DNA of 63,993 nucleotides, filler included, from Perkinsus olseni (Eukaryota): NCBI GenBank assembly GCA_013115125.1. It is 4 parts of 4 records of this genome, joined end to end, with 100 filler letters (N's around TTAATTAATTAA, not from the genome) between each part and the next. Parts side by side here need not be neighbours in the genome. Positions count along the whole stretch, not along the records: positions 16,939 to 33,767 come from JABANN010000667.1; positions 33,868 to 50,683 come from JABANN010000668.1; 2 more parts are not named here. One strand, 5' to 3'. Shown piece by piece: positions 25,451 to 37,000 of this stretch (position 1 is its first letter; each line of letters starts with the position of its first letter). The notes under the pieces were generated by a model. It saw only the letters and a program-made list of their open reading frames with translations, ran no database searches and was not told where the DNA came from. The position numbers and the translations under genes were made by a program.

Positions 25451-26749
25451 GAAACAACGGATGGGAATCGATCTCATATTGAAGTAGTGTGGATCCCTTC
25501 TCGGCAATACCGGGAATGACAAGATTAATCTCGCGCGAAGATGATCGTAGATTTTGGTATGATGGACAGAAGCGTGGAGGCTGATTTTCATACTAACATC
25601 AGTCTATTGTTATTGCCTCGAAGACCACCAGTTGCTCGTTCGGCCGCCGTCAAGGCTGTCGATAGAAGTTGTACTTGTGACTCGCGTGAGTTGCCCCGTC
25701 ACACGCATCCAATTCCCTCTCAAAAACCCCGTCAAAGAAGACTGTTGCTGAGGTCCACTGGAAACAGGACTCCCAGCACCAAGGAAAGAGGAAGCAACGA
25801 CATCAGCTGCTGATGCCTCCTACCGTCGGCGGCTTCATGTACGGGTCGTATCTTTTGCCATAAAACGGTATCCCCTTCACTGTTTTGCACCTCTCCATCG
25901 GGTATGACAGTAGATTCTTACCTGAGAGAACCCCCACGTTACGCTGGCAAGCTGCAGGAAGGGAAACGGAGTTAAAGCAAACAGGTCTTGTAGGTCCTGC
26001 GGAGAGGCTCGGCGACCGCAGCCACCAATCACTTCAATTACTCAAAGTAACGAGGAAACGGTGTCAGAAGTAATAATCTTTTCCTCTCACTACCACATTC
26101 TTATCTACTATGTCTTCCAGAGACGCTCAGTCCGCGTCACGGATCCTCTGCAGCCCCCTAGTACTACCAGGCTTGTAGTCAGGACAGGGCTTCCGCGTGA
26201 TGGACAACTGTTCATCCACCTTCGTCTTAGCGTAGTTGTGGACCATGCGTATCCTGGACCATCTCAACATCCGATAGAAATGTATCAACTCTGCAGAATG
26301 CCGAAATTATTTTTTCCGCCAATCATCTGTGGCACAGCAGCTCTAGGCTCCAAGGCCGATGTTGTAACCACTTGAAATGGTAATTTTTATATCGCTGATC
26401 CTGCCTTGTTCCGATAAGAAGTGAAATTTGACAACTCTGTACAGCTCCGGAATTATTTTCTTCGTTGACTATCTGTAGCACGCTCTGCTGTAGCAAGCGG
26501 CAGCAGAGACAGATAGCGATGTTCATACTCCCATCGTCCACTGAAGTTCCACGAAAAAACTAAAAACATACTTTACTACGCGAAGCTCATATTTGACAGA
26601 CAGAAAATGGGCCTACGAAGCCAAGTCTAGAATCGTCACCCTCCTCACACTGAACGCGACAGCCCCACCATCACGACCAACCATCTATCACGCGGCGGGT
26701 CATGCGGTCCTCCCCTCACCCCCTTCTTACTCTCCCCTATGACCAAAGC

Positions 26750-29117
26750 TCAGCCGGTGTATTCAACCCTAATATTTTCCCAGAGGACCTCAGCCTGTCC
26801 CTCAAAGCCGTGGTCTCGGAGAGCATCTCTAAGCGCACATACTCGGCACCCGCCCCCTTCCGAATCTTCAATAAACAACCCGACGACATCCTCTTGGACG
26901 CGCACGCACTCTGACGAATCTTCCGTGGGGACCTCTAAGAACGGCAAGCTCCCGGCGGCGGCGTCTAGCCCGTCCGAGGGCTCCTCCTTCCCCGGTCGGG
27001 CCACCGGATCCAATCTGACGACCGCAAGCACGACCATTTCGAGTACCACTCCATCCACTACTTCCAGGCATAGCTTATGAACTCGAAGCATGAGCGACAC
27101 GGAGAAAAAGATATCCTCCAGAGAAAGTTCCGCCATCCTCAGAGCGGTAGTCCTTCGCGCTCCTTTCAGCGTTCCTGGACGTAAAAGCGTTTTTTTTCCT
27201 CCCAAAAAATTCCTAAATTCTGCGACTCGCGCGAGGACCTCCCAAAGCCTCCCGATCTGATCCGCCTTCATTTCTGGCGAGTCCTGTGTGGCTAGCATGT
27301 ACAGCGTCTTCTCAATGGCAGCCTCGAAACTCCATTCCCGATTTTCGTATTCTTCCGGAGATACGCCGACGAAAGTAGGCCGAGTTACTGCCCACAGTAG
27401 ATCCACCAGGGAGCCTAGAGTCATGGACGCTTCTGAATCGATCACGTGATCGATTTTGGACGGGTTGTTCATAACTGATTTCGGAGTTTTTCGCTCCAGT
27501 GGGTACGTAGCACGTTCCAGTCTGCGAGAAATCGCCGGCAGATGCTCGCCGAGAAGATCCACGTCCAAATTCAACCTCCTGGTTTCGGACAAAATCAAAG
27601 ATATTCCCGCACAGGGAAGATTCTGGATACTCTCCACCACAGCCAACAGCAGACGTTTGAAAAAATCCTCTATCGGGTCGCGTCCCATATCTTCGTATCG
27701 CCCATCATTCGCAAGCTTAACCTCCCAAAAAGATTCTCCGTACGCACGCGCAAGATTTGGCAAATCTTTCGCCCCCACATACTCGATCATCCTACTGCCC
27801 GTCTCCACCGTATCAACAATGCTAGCAAATTCGGCTACCGACGAAATCGCCAAAGCAAACTCATTTGGGCGGAGCGAAGCGATATTTCTTTTCACTTTTT
27901 CTATCAGTTCCTCCCTAGCCTCTTTCCGAAGATCCTTTCCCACTGCCTTCAAGGCCAGAGCGCACCCATAAGCGTCCAAGGACTCCCTTACTTCTACCAC
28001 CTCGAGGACTTGACATATCTGTATCTTCAACCTTGCATGTTTCGGAAAGGTCAACATCATCCGAACCAGCATAGATGGATACTCGGGTATCTTTTGAGCA
28101 CTCAAGCTGCTGAACAAAACCGTTTCAAGATACGCTCCCATTATTTTACGAAATCCTTGATCCGTGCACGCATGCACATAAGATACCATCCAAGTCACAT
28201 CGACTAGCTCGGTGGCCGTGAGCTCCTTTACTCGGCTGATAGCCGAACCTTTCAAAATTCGGGTGATTTTCCGCATAGAGTTTCCCAAAGGCGTCAATTT
28301 CGCGCAAGCAGCCGCCAACAGACCCACCACGTCCCCTGAGAAGCTGCGTTTCTTAGCGCATGCTTCAAGCACTTCATATATTGCATCCAAGCATCGCTCG
28401 TATCTTTCGCCTTCGCGACATGCACGCTTCAACCTAAGATTCCCCAAGGCGCCAAGTACCCTTATACACACCGATAAAACATCCTCGTACCAACGTCCAC
28501 TTACGACTCGATTCATGCAAGCCCGCAGGGCCACCGGTAACCTCTGACTCAAAGCCTCACACACCGCACCAACTACCTCCTCATTATCCAACCAATTCTG
28601 CTTCGCTCCGCCGGATTTTTCTGACACCTCTAGCTGTGCTCTCGAGTCCGAATCAGCTATCCACCAGAGAAGCTCCGTGAGCTCCCCGCTCGTTGCAGCT
28701 TGCATGCTGGCATCGAACCTCTCCGAAAATTCTGTTGCCTTCTTCGACCCGACCATGGAGTGGGACGTCGCCAAGCGGAACATGTCCGCAATGGAGCCAG
28801 TCTCTGTATGAATGGCTCTGTCCTCCGTTACATCATGCAGTTGAATATCGAAAGGTGTGGTATGAGTTTCGTACGCCTGGACATATTCCCTCCAAATTGA
28901 GCTCGCTTTCAACTCCTTCAGCTTGGATCCATCGACTGCTTGAGAAAGTACATACCTACTGGGCAGAACTAATCGACAAGAAGAGAGGTCCTCAAGTTCA
29001 GCTCGGTTTAAACGCCCGATCAACGACCCCCCATAACGAGAGAGGCACTAACGCCTACCGATACCGAATGGGCTCAACCGTCAGCGAGCTCCAGCCTTCA
29101 CTCGACGGCGTTGCCAT
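26750..29117 (-). CDS. Large helical-repeat protein (HPR/RAP/FASTK-like, possibly organellar RNA-binding)
   Basis: 757-codon open frame plus a likely first exon from ATG 29117. Repeated helices such as TELVDVTWMVS, NEFALAISSVA and KDLPNLARAYG. The family assignment is inference. Confidence 0.5.
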
Positions 29118-29249
29118 GGTCTGATACTATTTTCATTGAGAGCGTTTGCTCTTGTTTCAATTCATGTCTGACAACTCGAATTTAATAAGGAACTTCAATA
29201 ACGAAGGAGTTGAATAACTCTTTTCGAAGTAAGTCCGGCCACCTCCCTA

Positions 29250-30708
29250 TTAGTACATCCCAATGGTCGTGCCTCTCATCGACTTAGTCAGTTCATCAAC
29301 ACCCATCTCCACCTCAATGGCAGCCTCGGCTAGGTCCTGGCCCGTCATCATCAGGAGGAGGATCCTATCCACCGGGCCCTTCTTACGCTTGGAAAGCAGC
29401 GATCGGCTGGCCAGAGGAGACACACCTGAACGCCAGGGTTAGCGGAGCGAAGCTTGTATCCCCTGCTAGGATAATTCCCAAAATCCAAGGGAGAAGGAAT
29501 CATTGCAAGGGACGAACTTCGGAGGTCTGGTTTCACTGGGAGGGGGTTTCAGGTTTCTCCTTCCCACTTGCCAGGGTTTCTTCTGTTGCTTTAACCCGCC
29601 TGTCGCGCCCAGTTCCTTACATTTCGGTCTCCGACCTCTGCATTAGTGACCGAGTTTTCCGTCGGAACTAGAGTACCTCTACTGAGTTTCACGAACGCTC
29701 TGGGGCTCGTCTTTGGCACGTTAAAATGAATACTGGAAGTCCTCCTGCCATTGAGGAGGCAGCAGTCTATTAGACACCTACGGTGATTCTGAAACTCAGA
29801 ACCCTTTCCGGAATTGATTTTTAGACGTATTTCCATCAATACCGTAATTTACAGTAAAATATGGATTCCGGAATTTTGGTTTAGTGAACCACCCCAGCAT
29901 AAGTTAGCGTGGCTTCGAAACTCGGGCGCCGTCGAGGCTGGTAATGGACAGTTGCGTGGGCAAAGGTGAAAATCTAAAGAAAGCTAGTAAAAAAAGAGAA
30001 AAGTTAGTCTAAAAAATAGAGATGAGTGACACTGACAGTGACCCTTGGAAACCAGGGTCACCTGAGGTCGCCCTTTGGGCGACCTTCGCCTAAAACCCGA
30101 AGTCCGAGGGTGGTGGGCCATAGGTTATCTAAGCGTATTGCTGGGAAGAAGCATCTTTAGAAATTAGACGATTTCTTTAGAAGAGAGTATTTCCCTCAGT
30201 TGCGTGAAGACTAACGACAGAATTAACGTCAAACTGACCCTCCGACTGACACGAGTGAAAAGGAGCGACTCAATAGAGTGCTCGAATGAACTGCGGCCCC
30301 TTCGAAGCGTATGGGTGTGCTGATAGGGCGACGAGGTCACCTTGTATCTTCCATTCATGGTCAAAGATTCTCCGGATCGTGACGGCAGGCTGAGGGTTGG
30401 GGTCTTCCTCGAACTGCAGCAGCGCTGGTGGCGGGCCTAGGCCCTCCGTCAGGATCTGCACAAGAAGGATATCTAATCACAGTGTAGGAAGAGCTCAACC
30501 TCAAGTGTCATGCGCAAGGTCGACCTCGAAGATACTTAAAAGAGTATCTTTGAGGTCGACCTACATGAGTCGCTTAAATTTAAAATCAAACATTCAGCCC
30601 GGCATTGCCTTTACTCACTTCGTCGCTCAGTGCTTTGACTCTCCGACCATACTCGGGGACTTCGGTGGAGTCACCGTCTAAGGGGACCTCGTGGGCCGCG
30701 TTCGACAT
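29250..30708 (-). CDS. Small hypothetical protein divergent from RPL7A (multi-exon)
   Basis: MSNAAHEVPLDG..KALSDE|ILTEGLGPPPALLQFEED..WKIQ|GVSPLASRSLLSKRKKGPVDRILL..GMY* with canonical splice sites. Confidence 0.55.
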
Positions 30709-30839
30709 GCACGGGACAGGACGAGAAATCGGCTTTTGTGTTGTGCTGATGATGCGCTGATAAATCGATCGCCTGATCGATAGCGCGCACCCGAGGTTGA
30801 AGCTGGTCAGAGACAAAGCCCCCAAGTCAACCGTTCAAC

Positions 30840-31983
30840 ATGGCGCCCAAGGCCTCTAAGACTACCAAGAAGGGAAAGACTCTTCCCGCCGTCCCTCAGA
30901 TCGGCAAGGCCGAGAAGGCCAAGGCCCCCGCCCACGGAAAGTAGGAATGGGATGATTGTCTCGTGGTATCTTGAGGTCGAGCGTGGAAGATTCGGATTAG
31001 GTTAGGTTTCACCCCATTTATCGCTCTTCGATCCTCAGGTCTATCCTCCCCGAGAAGAAGACTCGTTCCTTCGGCATCGGCCAGGACGTCCAGCCCCGTC
31101 GTGACCTCACCCGTTACGTCAGGTGGCCCAAGAACCTCAACCTTCAGCGCAAGAAGTCCATTCTCATGCAGCGCCTGAAGGTGCGACCTTGAGGGGGCTA
31201 CTGCAGCCTGCTCCGAAAGGCCACCAATGTGGGCAAGGCCTTGAGCCTGAGCATCTCTCCTTTACCAGTGGCTTCTGCCGCTTCCGAGGTTGTAGTGCTC
31301 GCTGCCTTTGATGCTTCCGCATCCGTTGGTTGGTCATTTGGACGGGCTTTGTAATTCACATTGTCTTGTTGTATTCAACTGGATTTTATTTTTTCTTTGC
31401 TCAGGTCCCGCCGATGATCAACCAGTTCACCAACACCTTGAACAAGAACCAGGCCACTCACGTCCTTAAGTTCTTGGCCAAGTACCGCCCCGAGACTCCC
31501 GCTGATAAGCGCGCCCGTCTCATGGCCATCGCCAAGGCCAAGGAGGCCGGTGAGGAGACCACCCAGACTAAGCCCACTTCCATCGCCTTCGGTCTTAACA
31601 AGGTCACTTCTCTTGTTGAGCAGAACAAGGCCAAGCTCGTCGTCATCGCCTCTGATGTCGATCCCATCGAGCTCGTTGTCTGGCTCCCTACTCTCTGCCG
31701 CAAGAAGGACGTACCCTACTGCATCATCAAGGGCAAGTCCCGTCTCGGTCAGCTCGTCGGCAAGAAGACTGCCGCTGTTGTTGCCGTGACTGAGGTCGGC
31801 AAGGAGGACGCCGCCGCCTTGGAGACCATCCAGAAGACCATGCACGTCCAGTATAACGAGAACACCGACATCCGTCGTCACTGGGGTGGTGGAATCATGG
31901 GCCAGAAGTCCAACGACGTCATCGCCAAGCGCGAGAAGGCTCTTGCTGAGGAGGCCGCCAAGAAGATGGCCATCGCCGCCTAA
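30840..31983 (+). CDS. RPL7A: 60S ribosomal protein L7a (eL8); introns 30941-31038 and 31181-31404
   Basis: [64 protein letters not shown], with strong codon bias. Confidence 0.97.
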
Positions 31984-32083
31984 GGAGGGTCTTTCCTGCT
32001 ACTGGACGATCGAGTTTGGTCGTGGGTTGAATTCGGTTCGACTCCGGTGTTGCTTTTACTGTTGCGTTGAGTACTTTCTGTTT

Positions 32084-32140
32084 ATGGTGATTAATTGGTA
32101 TGAAGCAGGAGTGATTATAAAAGATGACGAGTCTGATTGG
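32084..32140 (+). ncRNA. Candidate C/D box snoRNA (LSU guide, snR75-like)
   Basis: AGATGACGAG-T-CTGA is complementary to the conserved LSU sequence CTCGTCATCT. Degenerate C/C' boxes (ATGGTGA, GTGATTA). Boundaries uncertain. Confidence 0.5.
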
Positions 32141-32245
32141 AAACTAAATGGGCCTGTTGAACCGTTTTGGTTCTCTGGTTTCATGCGGTGACCTTTTCAA
32201 TGACTGATTATTGAGGCATTTGTATGACCTGCTATTAAAAGTAAA

Positions 32246-32331
32246 GCGAATGATGACGACTCTTTGTATTAGCTCTAACTGAAGCCAGTTCGGCTTTGTA
32301 GACATGCAAATGTTTCAGCCTTGACTGACGT
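32246..32331 (+). ncRNA. C/D box snoRNA, double guide to 18S rRNA (U44/SNORD44-like site and CAAGGCTGAAAC site)
   Basis: C box ATGATGA at 32250. Guide TGTATTAGCTCTA plus D' CTGA at 32279 (18S TAGAGCTAATACA). Guide GTTTCAGCCTTG plus D CTGA at 32325 (18S CAAGGCTGAAAC). Short terminal stem. Confidence 0.88.
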
Positions 32332-32341
32332 TAAAGATGAG

Positions 32342-32434
32342 AGGCAAATGATGATAAAAATATCAAATGGGTAATTTGCGTCCGAGGCCAAAGGCTGCTG
32401 ACGATTACTCTAAATGGGAATCTCTCTGAAGCCT
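32342..32434 (+). ncRNA. C/D box snoRNA, double guide (U16/snR87-like 18S site and U79-like LSU site)
   Basis: Terminal stem AGGC/GCCT and C box ATGATGA at 32348. Guide TGGGTAATTTGCG plus D' CCGA (18S CGCAAATTACCCA). Guide TGGGAATCTC plus D CTGA at 32426 (LSU GAGATTCCCA). Confidence 0.9.
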
Positions 32435-32496
32435 AATTAAATGTATCTTGAGGTCGAGCGTGGCTCTCTCGGGTAGGAAAGATATTCTGGATTGTT

Positions 32497-32571
32497 CAGG
32501 CGTGATGAGATTGATATTGTCCGAAGCAGATGGTGGTGGCGATATATAGGAATGGGAATCTTTCTGACCCG
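32497..32571 (+). ncRNA. Candidate C/D box snoRNA, second guide for the LSU GAGATTCCCA site
   Basis: C box GTGATGA at 32502, D' CCGA at 32521, and guide TGGGAATCTT plus D CTGA at 32564. Confidence 0.6.
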
Positions 32572-34057
32572 TCAACCTGAGTATCTTTAGGTTACCCATG
32601 ACGTTCATGGTAATGAAAGATACTTCGCGGCATGGCAGTGTACTGTGGTCACGTATAACAGCGTTATATCAACTTGTTCATCACCCTATTCCCGATGCAT
32701 GCCTCTCCGACCGTGTAAACGGCCTCTAAGATAAACGATACTATTTCTTTGCAGGGAGCATTTTCCTACGCATGTTCCTTTCTGTTGGTGATGCTCAATC
32801 TGTCTTTCTGTCTCTGCGATTTTACTGAATCCACTGTGAACGTGTCAATATGTAGTTTTATGCTGATCGTGCGCGTAGTGTTAGTTGCATAACTAATCCC
32901 TATTTCTATATGGCTGGTGTCACATGGGATCCAGTCTTCCATCGACTTGGTCGTGGCATCTTTCGAGCTGGGATCTGCCACGGTTGGCTCATGCCTGTGC
33001 TGCTCAGCTGTTGGAGCAAGCCCGCAGTATTCAGGTGAGATCTTTCATCGTGGCATTCTTTGTCGCAGCAGAGAATGTTGTTGGACATTCAACCACCTGA
33101 GGGCATATCAATGCGGTCTGTTCATTGTAAAGGTGTTAAAGATAGACCGATTATAAAAATCAAAATTGCTTCTGGAACTACGTTTGACGCGAGACAATTA
33201 ATACCAGAATTGATTTCGAGTCTCTGGATTAGTTTTATGATGGAGGGTAAGTGCATTTCATCTTGCTGCAGTCACTTGCCGCTGCAGACAGTCAAGCATT
33301 CGGGCGGAGAATACGCACCGCCAAGGTAAGGATGAATCTTTCTTCATTTCCATCCACTCAAGCAAACCTCGCCGGCTCGACCGAGTCGTGTCCCATCCGG
33401 GAGAATCACCTAGATGCTCCGGGAGTGTTCAAAAGACTGCTGCCTCTCCGGAAATATAGAAGGTTGTCAATGATTGAATTCAACGTGTTAAAGACAATCC
33501 TAAGAGCGCTCGTGAAACTCAGGAGAGGCACCATAGCTTGTTCGACGTTGGGAAGTTTAGGAAGTTTATTCTCGAGTCCTCTCCCTGCTGAAGTTATTTT
33601 CCCGTGCATCGACGGCGTCAATCGGGTCGAGGAACCTGGAGAGCCTTTGCAAATGGAGTATTTTTGAGTCGCATGGAACGTTTACCTTCAAGTCGCCGGT
33701 GCAGAGCAAAGAAAGCGTTCCCCGACAGGTTGTGCACTTGCACAACTACAGAAGCCCTTTACGCTCCNNNNNNNNNNNNNNNNNNNNNNNNNNNNNNNNN
33801 NNNNNNNNNNNTTAATTAATTAANNNNNNNNNNNNNNNNNNNNNNNNNNNNNNNNNNNNNNNNNNNNAGCTCGCAGAATAAGACAGATTAAGTAGATTTG
33901 TTGTTTTGCATGGCTGGGTGTATCATGTTTTGTGATAATTCTACTCTTTCCGAAAAAACTTGCGCGTTTCGTGCAAACTTCTTGCAATTTTGCTGGCTGT
34001 GCCCGAGATAAACACCAACAACATCATCATCTGGCTGTAGTTTTAAATTTGAGTAAT

Positions 34058-37000
34058 ATGTCGTCTACGCAACCAGAGATTGATCAAGATCTCTACTCAA
34101 GGCAGATCGGTGCATTTGGCCTCGAGACCATGGGGAAGCTCGTCAAAATGCGAGTTCTCATCTCGGGCATGCGAGGAACTGGTAGTAGCACTTTGCGAGT
34201 AATCATGCTAGCGGACGTAGTGTGAGGCAATCGATCGTCGTATAACAGCGTAATCGTGAAGGCATGATTATATCGGAAGGCTGGGCCAACGGTAGGATGT
34301 GTAAGTTGTGATGGATCTCTCCTATTAGGTGTCGAGACTGCTAAGAACCTCATTCTAGCCGGCCCCAACACTGTCGTTATCCATGACGATTCCTTGGTAG
34401 AGGCCAGGGATATGGGCTCCAACTTTTATGTTACTGACAAGGATGTTGGAGTAACCACCAGAGCTGAGGCTAGTTATAGGAAACTACAGGAGCTTAACTC
34501 GTAATAATATCCAACCCAAGGAGCTGCCCCCTTTAGGTATAGGACTCGCAGTTACCATTATTCGAGTGCGACGCAGAATACGATTTGACAGGTATGTTAA
34601 CGTGAGGACGATGTCTGGTCCTTTGGGAGATGCCGCCCTATCCGATTTTGATGTTGTCGTTCTCTGTGATGTCCACGATCGCGATGAACGGGTTAGGATA
34701 AACAAGTATTGCCGACAGCACAATATTGGTACTTTTCTGCCTTATGTGAGCTTCATATTTAGATGCCATATCCTGCTCAGGTTTTATTGCTACTGATGTC
34801 TATGGCTTAGCTGGTCGTATTTTTGTCGACTACGGTGATAAGTTTGTCGTTAGAGATAAGGATGGTGAGGAATGTCGCACCGCCATAGTTTCTGGTATCA
34901 CACAAGACGAGCACGCTGAGGTAATCTTACGTTTTGGTATTCAGCGCGGTAGAAAAGCGTGTTGCTGCTCAGGTCATCACTTACGGAGAACAGCGTCATG
35001 GTTTTCACAATGGTGATTATGTAACGTTCTCTGAGGTTGAGGGAATGAGTGAGCTCAATGGTTGTGAGCCTGTACAGATCAAGGTAGTGAACTTTACCGT
35101 TATTTTGCTGGTCTTAGTGGTTGCTCTCCCACAGGTCACCGGTCCTTACTCCTTCTCGATTGACAAGGATACTCGTTGCTATCATGCGTACACTAGGTGA
35201 TGCGAACTGTGACGAGAATGTGCGAGGTATCATGTGCCATTTTCAGAGAGGGCATCGCTACCCAAGTTAAGATGCCTGAGACCATGCAATTCATATCACT
35301 CGAGGATAGCGAGAAGAACCCGGTGCCTCCAAAGTAGTATGATCGCAAAGCTGAGCAACGATGAGTGATGTTGCCTTTCAGTGAGGGTATGTTACCCGTT
35401 CCCGATCTTGGCAAGTTTGGTCGTTCCGAGCAACTTCACTTGGCGTTGATGGGATTGGAGCGTGCGAAACCAACCGGTAGTGCTAGATCGGATGCTGTTT
35501 ATGAGGCGGTATTGAACGCCACCAAAGCCATCAACGAGGAGAGGAAGGTTCATAATGATCAGCTCAGTGTGGATGAGGTACCTTGGCTCCAGAGAGCAGA
35601 GTCGAATCGAATCGAACGTACGGCTCTGCTCAGGTTGATGCGGATGTTGTGCGTCACGTTGCGTACTTCTACCAGAGCTGTATCTCACCGATGGCAGCGT
35701 TTGCTGGTGGGGTCGTTGCTCAGGTATGGGCTGGGTCTCTGACTCTCGTCGGACCTGTGAGCAACCTTCGCATTTCAGGAAGTTGTGAAGTATACCGGCA
35801 AGTTCACACCCCTGCATCAATCGCTTTACTGGGATATGTTTGAGCTCGTAGATGATGATACATTGAACTCTAAAGGTGAGGTTGCCACGTCTCCTCTGGT
35901 GTCTCTTCAAGCTGCGGTGTCAGATACGGCCAACTTTGCTGACTCTACTCGATACGAGGATTATGTCACCATTATGGGCAAGAAGAACTTCGATAAGGTT
36001 TCGAACTCGAACATATTCCTGGTTGGAGCAGGTAATGGTGTTAGAAACCCGACCTCGGAGTGACGACATCTATTGTGCTATCAGGAGCACTCGGCTGTGA
36101 GTTCCTCAAGGCCTTCAGTAGCATGGGGGTTGGCTGTGGTCCAAATGGCAAGGTCACTGTCACAGACAACGACCGGATTGAGATATCAAATCTCAATAGG
36201 CAGTTCTTGTTCAGGTGAGTGCACTGGTATGAGTAGTGTTTGCACCGCTCTTTTTCTGCCGCCATGATTCATTGAGTGTACACTTTACATGTGGCATTAT
36301 TCAGGAAACAGCATGTAGGGAAGCAGAAGTCCATCACTGCTGCTACCGCTGCTAAGGAGATGAACCCTGCTCTTAATGTAATGCACGGCTTCTCTGCAAA
36401 GATACCTCTTAACTCGGTTGTAGGTCGAAGCCATAGAGGTGCGTGTTGGTCCTGAGACGGAGGATATCTTGGATGACAAGTTTTGGGAATCTCAGTCCTG
36501 CATGGTGAATGCCTTGGACAATATTGCTGCAAGGTACTGCCGCCGGTTCTACTTTCTGTTGCTACTCTAGCCTGCACTTCATATCCTACACACATGTACA
36601 TTTCCTATCACACAGACATGTCTCCGCCGTAGGTTATACGTCGATAGTCGGTGTGTCTGGTACGAGAAGCCGCTGATGGAGTCTGGTACTCTAGGGACTA
36701 AGGCTAATGTCCAGGTTGTCCTGCCTAATGTGACACAGAGCTACGGAGATAGTCAAGATCCTCCGGAGGATAGTATTCCCCTATGTGAGTGAATGGGCAA
36801 CTGCTGATGATGAGTGCGAGTGTCGGACTCTTCAGGCACGTTGAAGCATTTCCCATACGCTATTGAGCACACAATCGAGTGGGCTAGAGACCAGTTCCAA
36901 GGCCTCTTCACTGAGACACCTCAAGAAGTTCTAACCTACTTGAAGGTGATACCTCCTGCTGAGCGTATGTCGTTTCACTCGTCATCTGTTGCTCAGAACC

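Noticed and set aside
32788-32828. Fifth snoRNA candidate (GTGATGC..TCAATCTGTC..CTGA)
   Set aside because: The 18S-complementary tract is not positioned next to a proper D/D' box and the unit is too short.
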